Positions 9,620-21,028 of a stretch of 64,000 bases of DNA are shown piece after piece; the first letter of the stretch is position 1; every line of letters begins with the position of its first letter. Source of the stretch: Mantamonas sphyraenae STR306 (taxonomy: Eukaryota; Protista; CRuMs). A program made the translations under genes and the position numbers. Below the pieces are notes generated by a model that was given only the letters and a program-made list of their open reading frames with translations, was not told the origin of the DNA and did not search any database. The stretch lies in NCBI GenBank assembly GCA_026936335.1, contig JAPMXV010000008.1, positions 62,001 through 126,000 on the forward strand. The letters run 5' to 3'.

Positions 9620-12289
9620 ATGAGTGTGAGTTGATGTTGTCGTCTTGCCCATCTGTGCCTAGTGGCTGCATGCTCATCCCGTCTCTCTCCAATCCCATCC
9701 ACACACAACCACACACACAGAGTGTGGCAGAGCTCGAAGCGCAAAGCGAGGCACCCGAGCAAAGCGACGTCGTGCTGGAGGAGCACGATTCGGACGAAGC
9801 AGCCGCAGCACCGACCGAAGAGACACAGACGGACAAGGAGGAAGACAAGGAAGAGGACGAGGAGGACGAGGAGGACGAGGAGGACGAAGAAGAGGACGAA
9901 AACGAGGCAAAGGAACACGTGGTCGTCACAACCGAATCCGGCACCTCCAGCTCCAGCTCCAGCTCCAGCACAAACACGGAAGAGGCACAGAGCAGCGCAG
10001 GGACACAGATGCAAGAGGAGAGTATCATTCTGATGGACGACACGCTGCGTGTGCGAGGCAAGGAGTACCTCGTCACCTTGACGACGTTTTCCATTGCGTA
10101 CACGCGCCTCAGCGCAACCGCAAAGGGTGAGTTGGCGTTGTGTACACCTGTGTCCGATGCCCATGGAAGACGAAAGCCCCAGAGTGTGTTTCCATGCCCT
10201 GTTGTGCACTGCATGCGGTGTGAGAGGCAAAAAGTGTGAAATCCTGGAGCCCACTGACACAAACCACCCCCAACGCGCATTTTTTTCGGACTTGCGGCGG
10301 CACACCACCGGGCACACGGCACACACGAACCACGGCGTGGGTGCTGTGTTGCCATGACGCACAGAGTCGACACAGCACGTGCCGTTCCAGTACATCATTG
10401 GAGCGAGTGGGGATGGCAAGACGACGCTGTTGGTGCACACGTACATGCCCAAAGGCAACAAGGAGACGCCGCTGGAGGCGTGGGACAGCACGGGAGTGAC
10501 CGAGGTGGGACGGTACATGGTGCCTGGGATGAAGTGGAAGCTGTCCATGCTCAAGTTTGTGTGTGAGAGCCAGGAGCAACGTGACACGTGGGTGGACGCC
10601 ATTCGCAGTGTGCTTGCAGGCGTGCGACCGGGCGAGCCCTACGATCGGCCACTGCTCCTCTTTATTGTCAATCCGTACGGAGGGAAGAAGAACTCGCCCA
10701 AGGTGTTCCGCAAGGAGGTTGTGCCCCTGTTGGAAAGGAGCATTGTGGACTACGAGATGATTGAAACCACACACGCGGGACACGCCGAGGAGATTGCCCA
10801 TGGCCTTGACTACACACGCTACCACGGCGTCGTGGGTCTCGGTGGCGATGGTCTCATCTACGAAGTGGTCAACGGCGTCCTGTCACGCGACGATTGGTAC
10901 AACGCATCGCAGAACCTGTGCATCGGACACATCCCAGGAGGCACAGGCAACGGATTGGCCACAAGTTTGGGTGCACGCAACGGCAGTCTCGGGGCATACA
11001 TTGTCCTTAAAGGACTCAAGGGACGGCGGTTTGACGCATGCACCGCCTTCTATGCACGCGATGGGGTCAACTACGAGCGCAAGTTCTCCTTCCTCACCTC
11101 CTCGTGGGGCTTCTCCTCCGACGTGGATTACTACGGCGAGAACAACCGATGGTTGGGTCCAGCACGTCAGTTGTACCTGTCCATTGCCAAGTTGCTGGAA
11201 CGCAACGAGTACAAGGGCCGCTTTGACTTTCTGCCCGTCGCCGATGCCTTTGACACACGTGCGGGCTCGTATGCCCTCAAGCGAGCGGCCAAGGGCGAAC
11301 GGGTCACGCTCAAACACACGCGCACATACCCAGAGCTGCAGAGACAGAGCAGCAGTGGTGGCGATGGTGGCGAGCTGGAGGCAGAGGGAACCAGCTCCTC
11401 ATCGACTGCCACCGGTGCTGCTGCAGACAACACAAGCACGGACAACAATGAGCCGCTGTCGATGCGAGATTTGGCGTTGGAGGGGTTGGAACACCTTCAC
11501 GATCACGACGAGCAGCGCGGTAGCTGGCACCCGTCCAGGCAGGATTGTGGACCCGGATGCAAGCAGTGTGAGCTGATGTATGCGGCGTACAAGGCACGCG
11601 GACTGGTGGCCACACCGGAGAACAGTGGAGAGGTGCCGTTTACACCGCTGCTGGACGAGTACCGAGCAAAGGACAGGAGCGAAGAGCCGCCCCCTGGATG
11701 GGTGCGTATGGATCAGAAGTTTGTGTTTTTCCTGGCCTGCAACATCCCATGGATCTCTTACGACATGTTCTCCACCCCGTGTGCTCACCTCACCGACGGT
11801 TGCCTGGATGTGATGAACGTGGGCGACGACTTTTCCCGCATGGACATGATCGGCATGTTCCTGAAGATCGAAAAGGGAGAACACATGGATTCCGCACCGG
11901 AGATGATGAAGGTGCGTGCCTTTGTGCTCGAGGTGGACCCAGAGGCCTTTTGCACCCTTGGTCTCGACGGTGAAACCTGGGGCTTTGATCCAGAGGGCCT
12001 TCGTGACGGACCCAACAGGAGTGACAAGGACGAACCCAAGAAGGGAAGCAGCAGCAGCAGCAATGCAGCAGAAGGCGACAAGGGCGATAGCAAGGGGCAA
12101 GGCAGCAGCAGCAGCAGCAGCAGCAGCGACGACGGATCAACCGCCACAGGCGACAACACCAACGACAAAGACAACGACACGTCGTCCTCACTGACGGCAC
12201 AAGAGAATCAAGAGAGCAGTGTTGGGGCTGCCAAACCCACCATGATGGTGGAGGTGCATCCGGGTCTGTTGAGATTGTTGGCACTGTGA
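9620..12289 (+). CDS. SPHK: Sphingosine kinase-like (DAGK catalytic family) with N-terminal PH-like region
   Basis: FIVNPYGGK, ETTHAGHA, GGDGLIYEVVNG, IPGGTGNGLA, DGCLDV and LDGE motifs. Confidence 0.9.
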
Positions 12290-12313
12290 TGATCGAATTC
12301 ATCCAATTTTCAA

Positions 12314-12911
12314 CTAGCCTTCCACCAAATCATCCGGTTTGCATAGCACATATTCTGGCAAATCATACGAATCCCCCTTGGCATCATAACAGCGTCGCAT
12401 GGACCCTCCCTCGAGTGTGATTTCGGCGCTTTCCAGCAGCACCATTGCCGTTTCGTCGTTTTCCGCCTCGCAGGCAGCCTTGAGGGTGTTCCACACCACC
12501 TTCTGACCCCCATAGTATGGTGCCGTGTGCCAGAATTCCTCTGGAGGGAAGTGATATGCGCATACGTGTCCAGTGGAGTGAGTGGTGGCCCAAAGTAGGG
12601 GCAAGGCGTTTGTGGAAATGGTTGGAATCGAGAAGTTTCCTTCCCACCCTCCCCCCGGACCACACAAGCATGATGGCGATGGATACCACACAGAATCACA
12701 CACACGGTGTCATAACATACCCCTTTTCTCATCCAATTCGGACGCTGTCATGCCACCACTCTTCCACGGCGGCCTCAACTCTGAGCCCTTCTTCTTGTCT
12801 CTGTTCCGCGAGGCTGGGTCATGCGTCGTGCCGTGTCAGTGACCGCATTGTGCATTGTGTACCATCTCCCCCGTCTGTGTGAAGTGCATCCAACTCACTG
12901 TTGCCTCCCAT
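12314..12911 (-). CDS. UBTD: UBTD1/2 (DC-UbP) ubiquitin-binding domain protein, likely N-myristoylated, 3 exons
   Basis: MGGNTS start; EKR|EEFWHTAPYYGGQKVVWNTLKAAC..CYDAKGDSYDLP. Confidence 0.88.
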
Positions 12912-12978
12912 GCGAAAAACAGGGTTCAAATACACTGCGTCTGCGCGCGGATGAAACCAACCATTGTCCGTGTTTCCG

Positions 12979-14655
12979 ATGCGAGTGGCCGTTGTGTACA
13001 AAGACAAGGCCAAGGTGCAATCATTGCCATCGTCGTTTGACCTGTCGATCGTCAAGGCGCTGGCGCTGCGGCGGTTCCCGGAAGTTGCTCGGCTCTTGGA
13101 AACTCGGGAGAATTCGGGGGTCGCTTTGTACTGGCGCAACCGACACCCTGAGGCGGAGGAGGAGGTGGTGGAGGGTGGTGGTGAGTCATGTCAGATGGAT
13201 GCCATCATGTGTGAGGAGTTGGCAAAGACAAAGGGGTCGCCCATGCCGGAGCTGGAGTTGCGGGTGAGCGATTCGTCGGCGGACACGTTGCAGGTGTGGA
13301 AGCCGCCAGTCGCGGCCAGCAGTGGCAGCAGTGGTGAGACGGAAGAGTCCTCGTCACGAGAGGAGGGGATGGCACGCAATCAGTTCAATTCGGCTCAGTT
13401 TTACGTGTTTGAGGACGAGGAGGAGCAACCGGAGCCGTATCCAGCCTGGCAGGATGAGGATCACGCGCTGCCCGTGTTTTCCTTTGCCCAATTGCAGAGT
13501 GAACTGGAGCAGGCATTGGAAGCAGCATCGTCATCCTCTTCGTCATCATCGTCATCGTTTGGATCGGGGACGGGATCGTTGTCAGAGGGATTGGAGGACG
13601 AGAGTGTGCTTGACGAGGCGATTGGGTATTGGAAGGAACACGGGTACTGTGTGGTGGACATGCACAAGCACACCGTGGAACAGCTGGACACACTGCATGC
13701 GCAATCATTGGACTATTTTGCACTGGACATGGAGGAGAAGAAGAAGCACACAGTGTCCCTGGAACGGTATCTCGGGTACAAAAACAGAGTGGATCTGGGA
13801 AAGGAGTTCTTGTGCGTGTGGTGTGGTTGGTGTGGGATACACTTCACCCCACAAGATAGACACTCACACACACACACACACACACACATACACATTGCCC
13901 ACAGCCAAGTGCGCAGGTGGCACAAAGACCTGAGCAGCATCTGTCCGGATGAACAGACACTTGCCGGGTGGAAAGAGACGTGCACGGCGTCGTTTGAGGC
14001 CGTATATGAAGTGGCACGCACCATGTTCCTTGGCATGGGACGACACGCAGGTCTGTCACACGATTATATGCTCTCGTTGCTCCCCGATGCGTTGGAGGAG
14101 GGCGAGCGTGTGAGTGGCACCGTGCTGGAGGTGTTCCACTACATGAAACCCAGCGAGGGTCTGTGTGTGGATGAGATTGCAGACGACGACCAACAGGCAC
14201 CGTTTGTGGATGGCAAACGTCCCATGCCATGTCCAGCACACACAGACATCTCCCTGGTGACGGTGATTCCACGCTCACGAGAGGGGGCCTCCCTCAATGT
14301 GTATGACTGGCACAGGGGCGAATGGATCGATGTGGAAACACACGCAGAACCCAGCTACTGTGTGGTCTTTGGCGGTGAATCCTTGCAGCGGCTCCTGAAC
14401 GGGTTGATCATCCCGCTGCCCCACAAGGTGTTGCCCACGCGCATACGACGCATCAGCACTCCCATGATCATGTTGGCTCGTTCCAAAGCCATGCTGGACA
14501 CCACACAGACCGATCCCTCTGTGTGTGGCGAGGTGAAAGGTCGCAATCTGACCCCTGTGCCCTCGCAACAGTTTGTCAACCACGTCAGCTCCACACGCAT
14601 CAGTTCGCTCTTCAAGTATTCGCCCCACGCCCAGAACAAGTCGACGACGACTTAG
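12979..14655 (+). CDS. 2-oxoglutarate/Fe(II) dioxygenase (IPNS-like) with N-terminal extension; intron 13812-13904
   Basis: WKEHGYCVV, HTDISLVT, HKV and RIS (HxD..H..RxS) motifs. Confidence 0.85.
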   Translation: MRVAVVYKDKAKVQSLPSSFDLSIVKALALRRFPEVARLLETRENSGVALYWRNRHPEAEEEVVEGGGESCQMDAIMCEELAKTKGSPMPELELRVSDSSADTLQVWKPPVAASSGSSGETEESSSREEGMARNQFNSAQFYVFEDEEEQPEPYPAWQDEDHALPVFSFAQLQSELEQALEAASSSSSSSSSSFGSGTGSLSEGLEDESVLDEAIGYWKEHGYCVVDMHKHTVEQLDTLHAQSLDYFALDMEEKKKHTVSLERYLGYKNRVDLGKEFLCVWCGWCGIHFTPQDRHSHTHTHTHIHIAHSQVRRWHKDLSSICPDEQTLAGWKETCTASFEAVYEVARTMFLGMGRHAGLSHDYMLSLLPDALEEGERVSGTVLEVFHYMKPSEGLCVDEIADDDQQAPFVDGKRPMPCPAHTDISLVTVIPRSREGASLNVYDWHRGEWIDVETHAEPSYCVVFGGESLQRLLNGLIIPLPHKVLPTRIRRISTPMIMLARSKAMLDTTQTDPSVCGEVKGRNLTPVPSQQFVNHVSSTRISSLFKYSPHAQNKSTTT

Positions 14656-15995
14656 GCGATGAAGAGGATGAGGAGGATGAGGAGGACGATTCACAGGCCA
14701 CTTTGCTCTGCACCATCGCTTCCACCGCGTCGATGATCGCCAAATCGTTTTCCCGCAGCTGAAGGGCGACATGCAGGGCCATTTGTTGCGATGGATTCCA
14801 TGCACTGGACTCCAGTTGTGCACCATTGTCGGCATACAGGGCACGGAGACCTTGGCAGAGGTCACCGACAATGGACCAAAGGTGAATCCTCCTCCTCTTC
14901 ATCGTCGTCACCGCCGTTGTCCTCGTCCTTGCCCTCCATGGCCTGGATGAGCAGGGTGTCGTTCAGACGACGTGTGGTTGCGTGAGTGGCCGCCCACCAC
15001 ACACGCAGGAGGGCCATGAGGTTCCAGGTGGGACCGTCGTGTTGCAAGGCAACGTGTTGCGTCAAGCCGTGAGCCTGCACAAAGCGTTGTGCCTGTGGTG
15101 GCATCTGATCCACGAGGGTGTGTGCCACGGCGGCCAATGATACGGTGTCCATGTCATTGGCAGTGGCAAGAACAACGAATCCGTAGTGTTTGCACAGCTC
15201 CCAGTTGCTCTGCCGATTGTAACATATAAAGGCTTGGGTGCCGCGTGCAAATGCACTGTGGGTGGTGATTTCAAACCGTTGTCGCTGCTCATTGAATGTC
15301 GCCGTCGTGCTCACCTCGTTGCTGTGGTTCAACAGGTCGCCAAAGGGCATCAGCGCATACCGATCCTCGGCCTCCCCGTTTTCCAAGTACACACAGCGTG
15401 TCATCACCGTGGCGTATGCCCACATCACATCGTCCTCCATGTCATCGCCATTCCATGCCAGCACCTCTCTGTGCACCTGTGCAAACGAGACACAGGCCGC
15501 TTGCAACGCTTCCACCTCGCACACCTCCTTCTCCACGGCTTCCCGCCTGCTTTTGGGGCCCAACACAGGCCATGCCTCGCGTGGCAGATGCACTGGTGTG
15601 CCATACGCCTGTGGGATGCTTTGCATGTACGCGTGCAGATGGCTGTCACTGCCCAGCGCTCGGTGGTGGAGCAGGTACACACACAGCACCCCCAGAGGAC
15701 TCAGGTCGCTTTCTGCCAATCGATCACCCAACACAGGATCCTGTTTTGCATGGGTACTTGTCACCATGCATTCCCATGGGATGGCAAACAGCACATCGCC
15801 CGCATGGATGGACGCCGTCGCAAGCAACCCTCGTCCGGTCTCGGGAAAATCCGCACACACCAGTGGCGTGTGTGGCATCCCTCCGTCTCGTAACCCTTTC
15901 ACCAATGGTTCCACCCATGGCTCTCGGACCCGCCGTAGCCGTTCCGCTTGTGATTTGAGCCGTTGACGACCACAACGGCCCAGACGACGACTCAT
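14612..15995 (-). CDS. SETD4: SET-domain lysine methyltransferase, SETD4-like (frameshift ~14890)
   Basis: FPETGRGLLA, WAYATVMTRCVY, LMPFGDLLNH, AFICY and LCKHYGF motifs; basic N-terminus. Confidence 0.8.
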
Positions 15996-16075
15996 CCGAG
16001 TGGTGGTGGATTGCGATGGCAGCGGCAGCGCAGAATCCATTGCAAATCCTCTCTCTCTCTCTCTCTCTCTCCCTG

Positions 16076-16948
16076 TTAATCATCCTTCCCGTCGCCGGTA
16101 AAGAAGCCCACCATCTTCTTGAACCAGCCAGCGGGGGACTTGCAGTCGCGGTCTGTGGTTTGCGGCTCGGGTTCGAGGGAGGCAAACTCCTCCATGAGTT
16201 CCCTCTGGCGATCGGTGATATTTTTGGGCACCACCACATTGAAGTGGATGTACTGGTGGCCATGTTTGTCCTTGTTGACCTTCTTGATGCCCTTGCCTCG
16301 CATGACACGCCTCTCATTGGGTTGCGTTCCCGCGGGCACCTTGAGTTCCACCTCGCCATCCAGGGTGGGCACCATGACAGTGCCACCCAACACAGCACGC
16401 GACACACTGATGGGCACTTCGATGTGTACGTCGGAGCCACGGCGCACAAAGCGACTGTCCTCCTCGACCTGGATGCGCACAAACAGGTTGCCATTCGGGG
16501 CGCGTCGTCGTCCTGCGTCGCCCTGTCCTGCCACACGGATGTTGACACCGGTGTCCACACCTGCTGGGATGGGCACTTCAATCACACGATGCTCCCTGCG
16601 CACGCCTTCGCCATCGCATGAACCACACGGGTTGGGATTGACCACCCCTTCGCCTCCGCAACGCGAGCAGGGCACTCGCATGTGAAAGAACCCGTCACTC
16701 ATTGTTTGTGTGCCACTGCCTGCACATTGCACACACTTTTGCATGCTGCTCCCCTTGGCACTCCCGCTGCCCTCGCACGTGCTGCACGTGACGTTGGAAA
16801 AGAAGCGCACATCTTTCGTCGCCCCCTTCACCGCCTCTTCAAACGACAGGTTCAACGACACCTGCACGTCCGACCCACGCTGCGTACGCGCCCCTCCGCC
16901 TGCACTGAACCCAGAGCCAAATCCACTCTGATTGAACATGTTTTCAAA

Positions 16949-16988
<40 letters not shown>

Positions 16989-18125
16989 TGCGTGTGTGAG
17001 TGAGTGAACTCGGCACTTTTCCTCGCCAGCCTGCCTGGGACCAGCATACCTCGCTGAATAGGTCGTCGGTACTGAAACCACCCGCTCCTCCGCGAGCCCC
17101 TCCTGGCCCTCCTGTGCCCATTCGACTGCCCGCATGTCCGTATGCGTCGTAATTCGCCCGTTTCTTGTCGTCGCTCAGCACCTCGTACGCCGCGTTGATG
17201 TCCGCAAAGCGAGACCCTGCGTCCTCCTCCTTGTTCACATCCGGGTGGTACTTCTTTGCCAACTGTGGCGTGCGTATGTCCCGAAGGGAAGCGGGGGGCA
17301 CGGCGCATGGATGCGCATGGATGGTGTGAGTGGTCCCCTTGCATGGTTGATTTTTGGGACGGCTGATCTCTCACACGCAAGTCAACGCTCCGGACACGCG
17401 CAAAAAACTCACGTCTCTGTACGCCTTTTTGATCTCCTTCTTGCTTGCCGATCGAGACACTCCCAGGATCTCATAATAGTCCCGCTTCTCATCGGCCTGT
17501 GTGACGGCTGTGTGTGTGGTGCAGTGCAGTGTGGGGTGTGGGGGGTGGGTGGGGGTGTGGGTTTTTCCGCTTCCGCCGCGCGGCCTCTCGCGCCCCGGGC
17601 CCTCTCGCTCCTGCGCAGCCCTTTGGCGCACTTACGTGTTGTGTGCAGTGTACGATGTGTCTGTGCATCCTTGTCCTGTGCCGTAGTCCTCTCACACAGC
17701 CTGCTGCTGCTGCCACCGGCGGCCAACACCGTGCAGCGATGCACAAAGCCTCCGCCTCGCGTGCTGCTCGCTGCCGCCAACGACGCCAGTCCGCGTCCCA
17801 CCACTCCACTTGTGCCATTGACGCCGCCGCCACCACAGCCATCCAACGCCATCATACGAGTGGTCAACCATGATGAATGTGTGGCGGATGCCGAGGTGGA
17901 GGCAGGGGACAAAGACGACAACGTCGTCAATCCTCGCGACCGTCCCACGGCCGCACCACTGCCTGTCCCACCTCCATTCCTGGCTGAGGTGGCCATTGAT
18001 CCTCTTGGCATCCACTTGGACGACCATGTTTGCGACTCGCCTCCCATGGCCAGCACACGGGCCGCCCGAGAGCAGGCTTTCCGAGTACGCTCTCGCATCA
18101 TGATGATTGAGTTGCCTTGCATCAT
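16076..18125 (-). CDS. Mitochondrial type-I DnaJ (Mdj1/Tid1-like); start uncertain
   Basis: [20 protein letters not shown]-rich region, 4 CxxCxGxG repeats, C-terminal domain; Arg/Ser-rich presequence. Confidence 0.92.
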
Positions 18126-18223
18126 GCACTCATCAAGCATTCACACACATGCGCATGTCACCTTTGCCTCCCATAGAACCCCCCTCCCCTTCGCCCTTCT
18201 CCCCCATCACCAACCCAATCATC

Positions 18224-19594
18224 ATGTCGGCATCGTCCAGGTTCACCGTGACGGCCTCGAGCTCCTCCTCGGCCGCACGCACGGCTGTCCTTTCGCTGGC
18301 CCATGGGGACATGCCCACTCCATCCATGATGCTGATGACAAGGTTTGGCACACCCCACTATCTACTGCCCGACATGGTGGCCGATCTGGGTACGGATCGA
18401 CCCCTTCAACTCAACCTCACCGACGTGTACGTTTTGAACCCACCAACCATCCCCCCCCCCCTACATGTGAATCACTCACATATCCATATGCACTGTGTGC
18501 AAACAGTATGAGCCGTCCGGGGCTGCCGATTATGAAGAAATACGCCGAGAAGTTTGGGGCTGGGTTCAATGCGTTCAGCAACCTGCGCCAGCAGGCGTTT
18601 GTGCTCACCCACCGCGACCCAGAGGTGTATGTGGCAGCCCTGCCTTGTGGAAACGACTATGTCAACATTATGACGGACCGTGGCAAGCTTCAGGTGACCC
18701 CTGAGGACCTGTACGAGCTGGTGCAGGCAGCCCAGCCCGACGCCTACGTCTGCCTCTCCGACGAGGTCCCACACAACGTCTCACGCAAGCGGTGCGGCAA
18801 ATCCACCAAACGCAGCGCCAGTCTACTGGAGGCCAGTCTCACCCTGCACGAACAGCTGAGTGGAAGCAGCAGTGAGGATAAGGAACAGGAAGAGGAAGAG
18901 CAGGAGCAGGAGCAGGTGGAGAGGGGGAAGCACTGCTGCCACTCCTCCTCCCCTCTTGTTTGCCGCCATCCAGGGGGGTGGGGACATGGAGAGTCGGGAA
19001 AACAGTGCAAAGGAGGTGGCAGCGGTGGCAGATCGAATTGACGGTGTGGTGTTGGGTGGCTTGGGATTGGGGGAGGATCTCAAGACGAGGGAGAGGTTGA
19101 TTGCCACCTGCCTGGAACATGTGCCAGACTCATTGCCACGCATGGCCTCGTGTATTGCAAGCACACCCATGGAGATGGTGTTGGCTGTGCGTGCGGGTGT
19201 GGATTTGTTGGATTCCACCTTTGCCGCCCGGTGCACGCAGGACGGCTTTGCCATTGCCTTGCCACTGTCCTTGGATGCCGCTGTGGCCCAGAGGGAAGAG
19301 CTGTCACAGGCACGCTTTGTGGAGGATGATCCACTCAAGGTGAACATGCACGATCAGATGCACCGCAAGGACACGGGGGCGTTGGTGATGGGTTGTGGTT
19401 GCTTTGCCTGCACACGACACACGCGCGCCTATGTCCATCACCTGCTGCGCACTCAGGAAATGTTGGCCGACACCCTTCTTTCTGCACACAACGCACACCA
19501 CATGCAACAGTGGATGGCACTCCTCCGTCAGCTAATCCAGGACGATGCCTTGCAAGACTACATCGACGTCCTCGGCGACCTCAGCAGCTTGTAG
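18224..19594 (+). CDS. QTRT2: Queuine tRNA-ribosyltransferase accessory subunit (frameshift ~18925)
   Basis: ARTAVL..TPS..TRFG, FAAIQGG, GVDLLDS and CGCFACTRHTRAYVHHLL..HN motifs. Confidence 0.9.
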
Positions 19595-19696
19595 CGTGGA
19601 GTTTGGAGCTTGGAGCTTGCAACACACAAATCACTCTCGAAAGGTGTACAACAAACTCCATCCATTTTCGTCCGTTGTCTCTCTCCTTCTCCCCCT

Positions 19697-20988
19697 TCAC
19701 CGTCCGTTCAATGACGACAAGAACCCAGGAGGTGCCACAGGACGCGAATGTGTGTCCACCCCACCACCGCCACCGCCACCGCCACCGCCGCCACGCAGCT
19801 TGGGCTTGGCCAGCTTCGGTTTGCCATCCTCCATCACACGCGTGTCAAACGACCACGCAGGACGTGGACGTCGCTTCCCACGTGGCCCACTCGGCCGCTT
19901 CACCTCCTGCTTGCCCTGCATGACCCCATGGAAAAACTCGTCCACCAGATCCTTTGCATACGGACTGCTTTCGTACGAGAACGACGTAAACTGGGTGGGT
20001 TGCAGCTGCCCGCCACCTCCGCCACCTCGGCTGTTCCCTGCCGTCTGCTCACGCATGTACGATCCAATCTTGCTCGACGCCCTTCGACTGCTCCCGTGTT
20101 CCTTCTTTCCTCCGTCCTTGCTGCTGCTGCTGCTGCTGCTCTCTTTCGGGTACTGCGGCACGTACCCTCGCCACTTGACAAATTGCTTCTCCAGATACGT
20201 CAGCTTGCTCTCCAGATCGTCCACCTCCTCCTCGTACATGTGCAATTGGTTGTCCTTGTACTGCACCGTCTCCAGGATGTCCCCACGTCGCATCTTGTCA
20301 TACTCCCCACGCTCCACCATGCTCAGCAGATCGGAACGCAACGCAGGCACCTTGCCCTTGCGTCGCTCCTTCTGTTTCCGCTTCTGCAACACAAAATCCA
20401 GCTCTTCCTCATCCAACGCCACTCCACGCACACGTTCTTGACCCTGTGGCTGCTGTCCCTCCTTGCTGGGGCTCACAAACGCAATGACCGCTGCCGCCGC
20501 CGCCACCGCCGCCACCCCTCCCTTCCTTCTCCTCCAGCAATTGCAACACTTCGATGTTGTCGTCGTAAAACACCACATCCTGTCCCTTGCCTCCTCGCTT
20601 TGTGGTGCTGCGTGGTGACGAACCGTGTGCGCGGCTGAGTTCTGCCTTGCTCATCCTCGCCTGCTGTTCCACCCTACGCTGCCGTGCCTCCTTTGCCTCT
20701 GCCTCCTTGCGTGCCTTTTGTGCCTTGTCCCTCTTTGCACGCTTGTTCTCCAACACCCCACTCTTGCGCACCTTGCGTCCACGCACCTGCGCTTGGATCT
20801 TGGCTGCTGCCTCGTGTTGCTTTGCCTCTTCTTCCAGCTCCTGTGCCATCAGTCGTTCAAAGTCGTCCATCTCCTCTTCTCGCTTCTCCAGAATGGCCAT
20901 CTCCTCCTCGCTCATTCCAACTCGCTTCTTCCCTCCTCCTGATGGCGTCCCGGGTGTGCTTGCGCGTGACTTGCTGTCTGCAGACGAT

Positions 20989-21028
<40 letters not shown>

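Noticed and set aside
12314-12911. UBTD lacking its C-terminal ubiquitin-like domain
   Set aside because: Short UBD-only forms occur outside animals; not novel.
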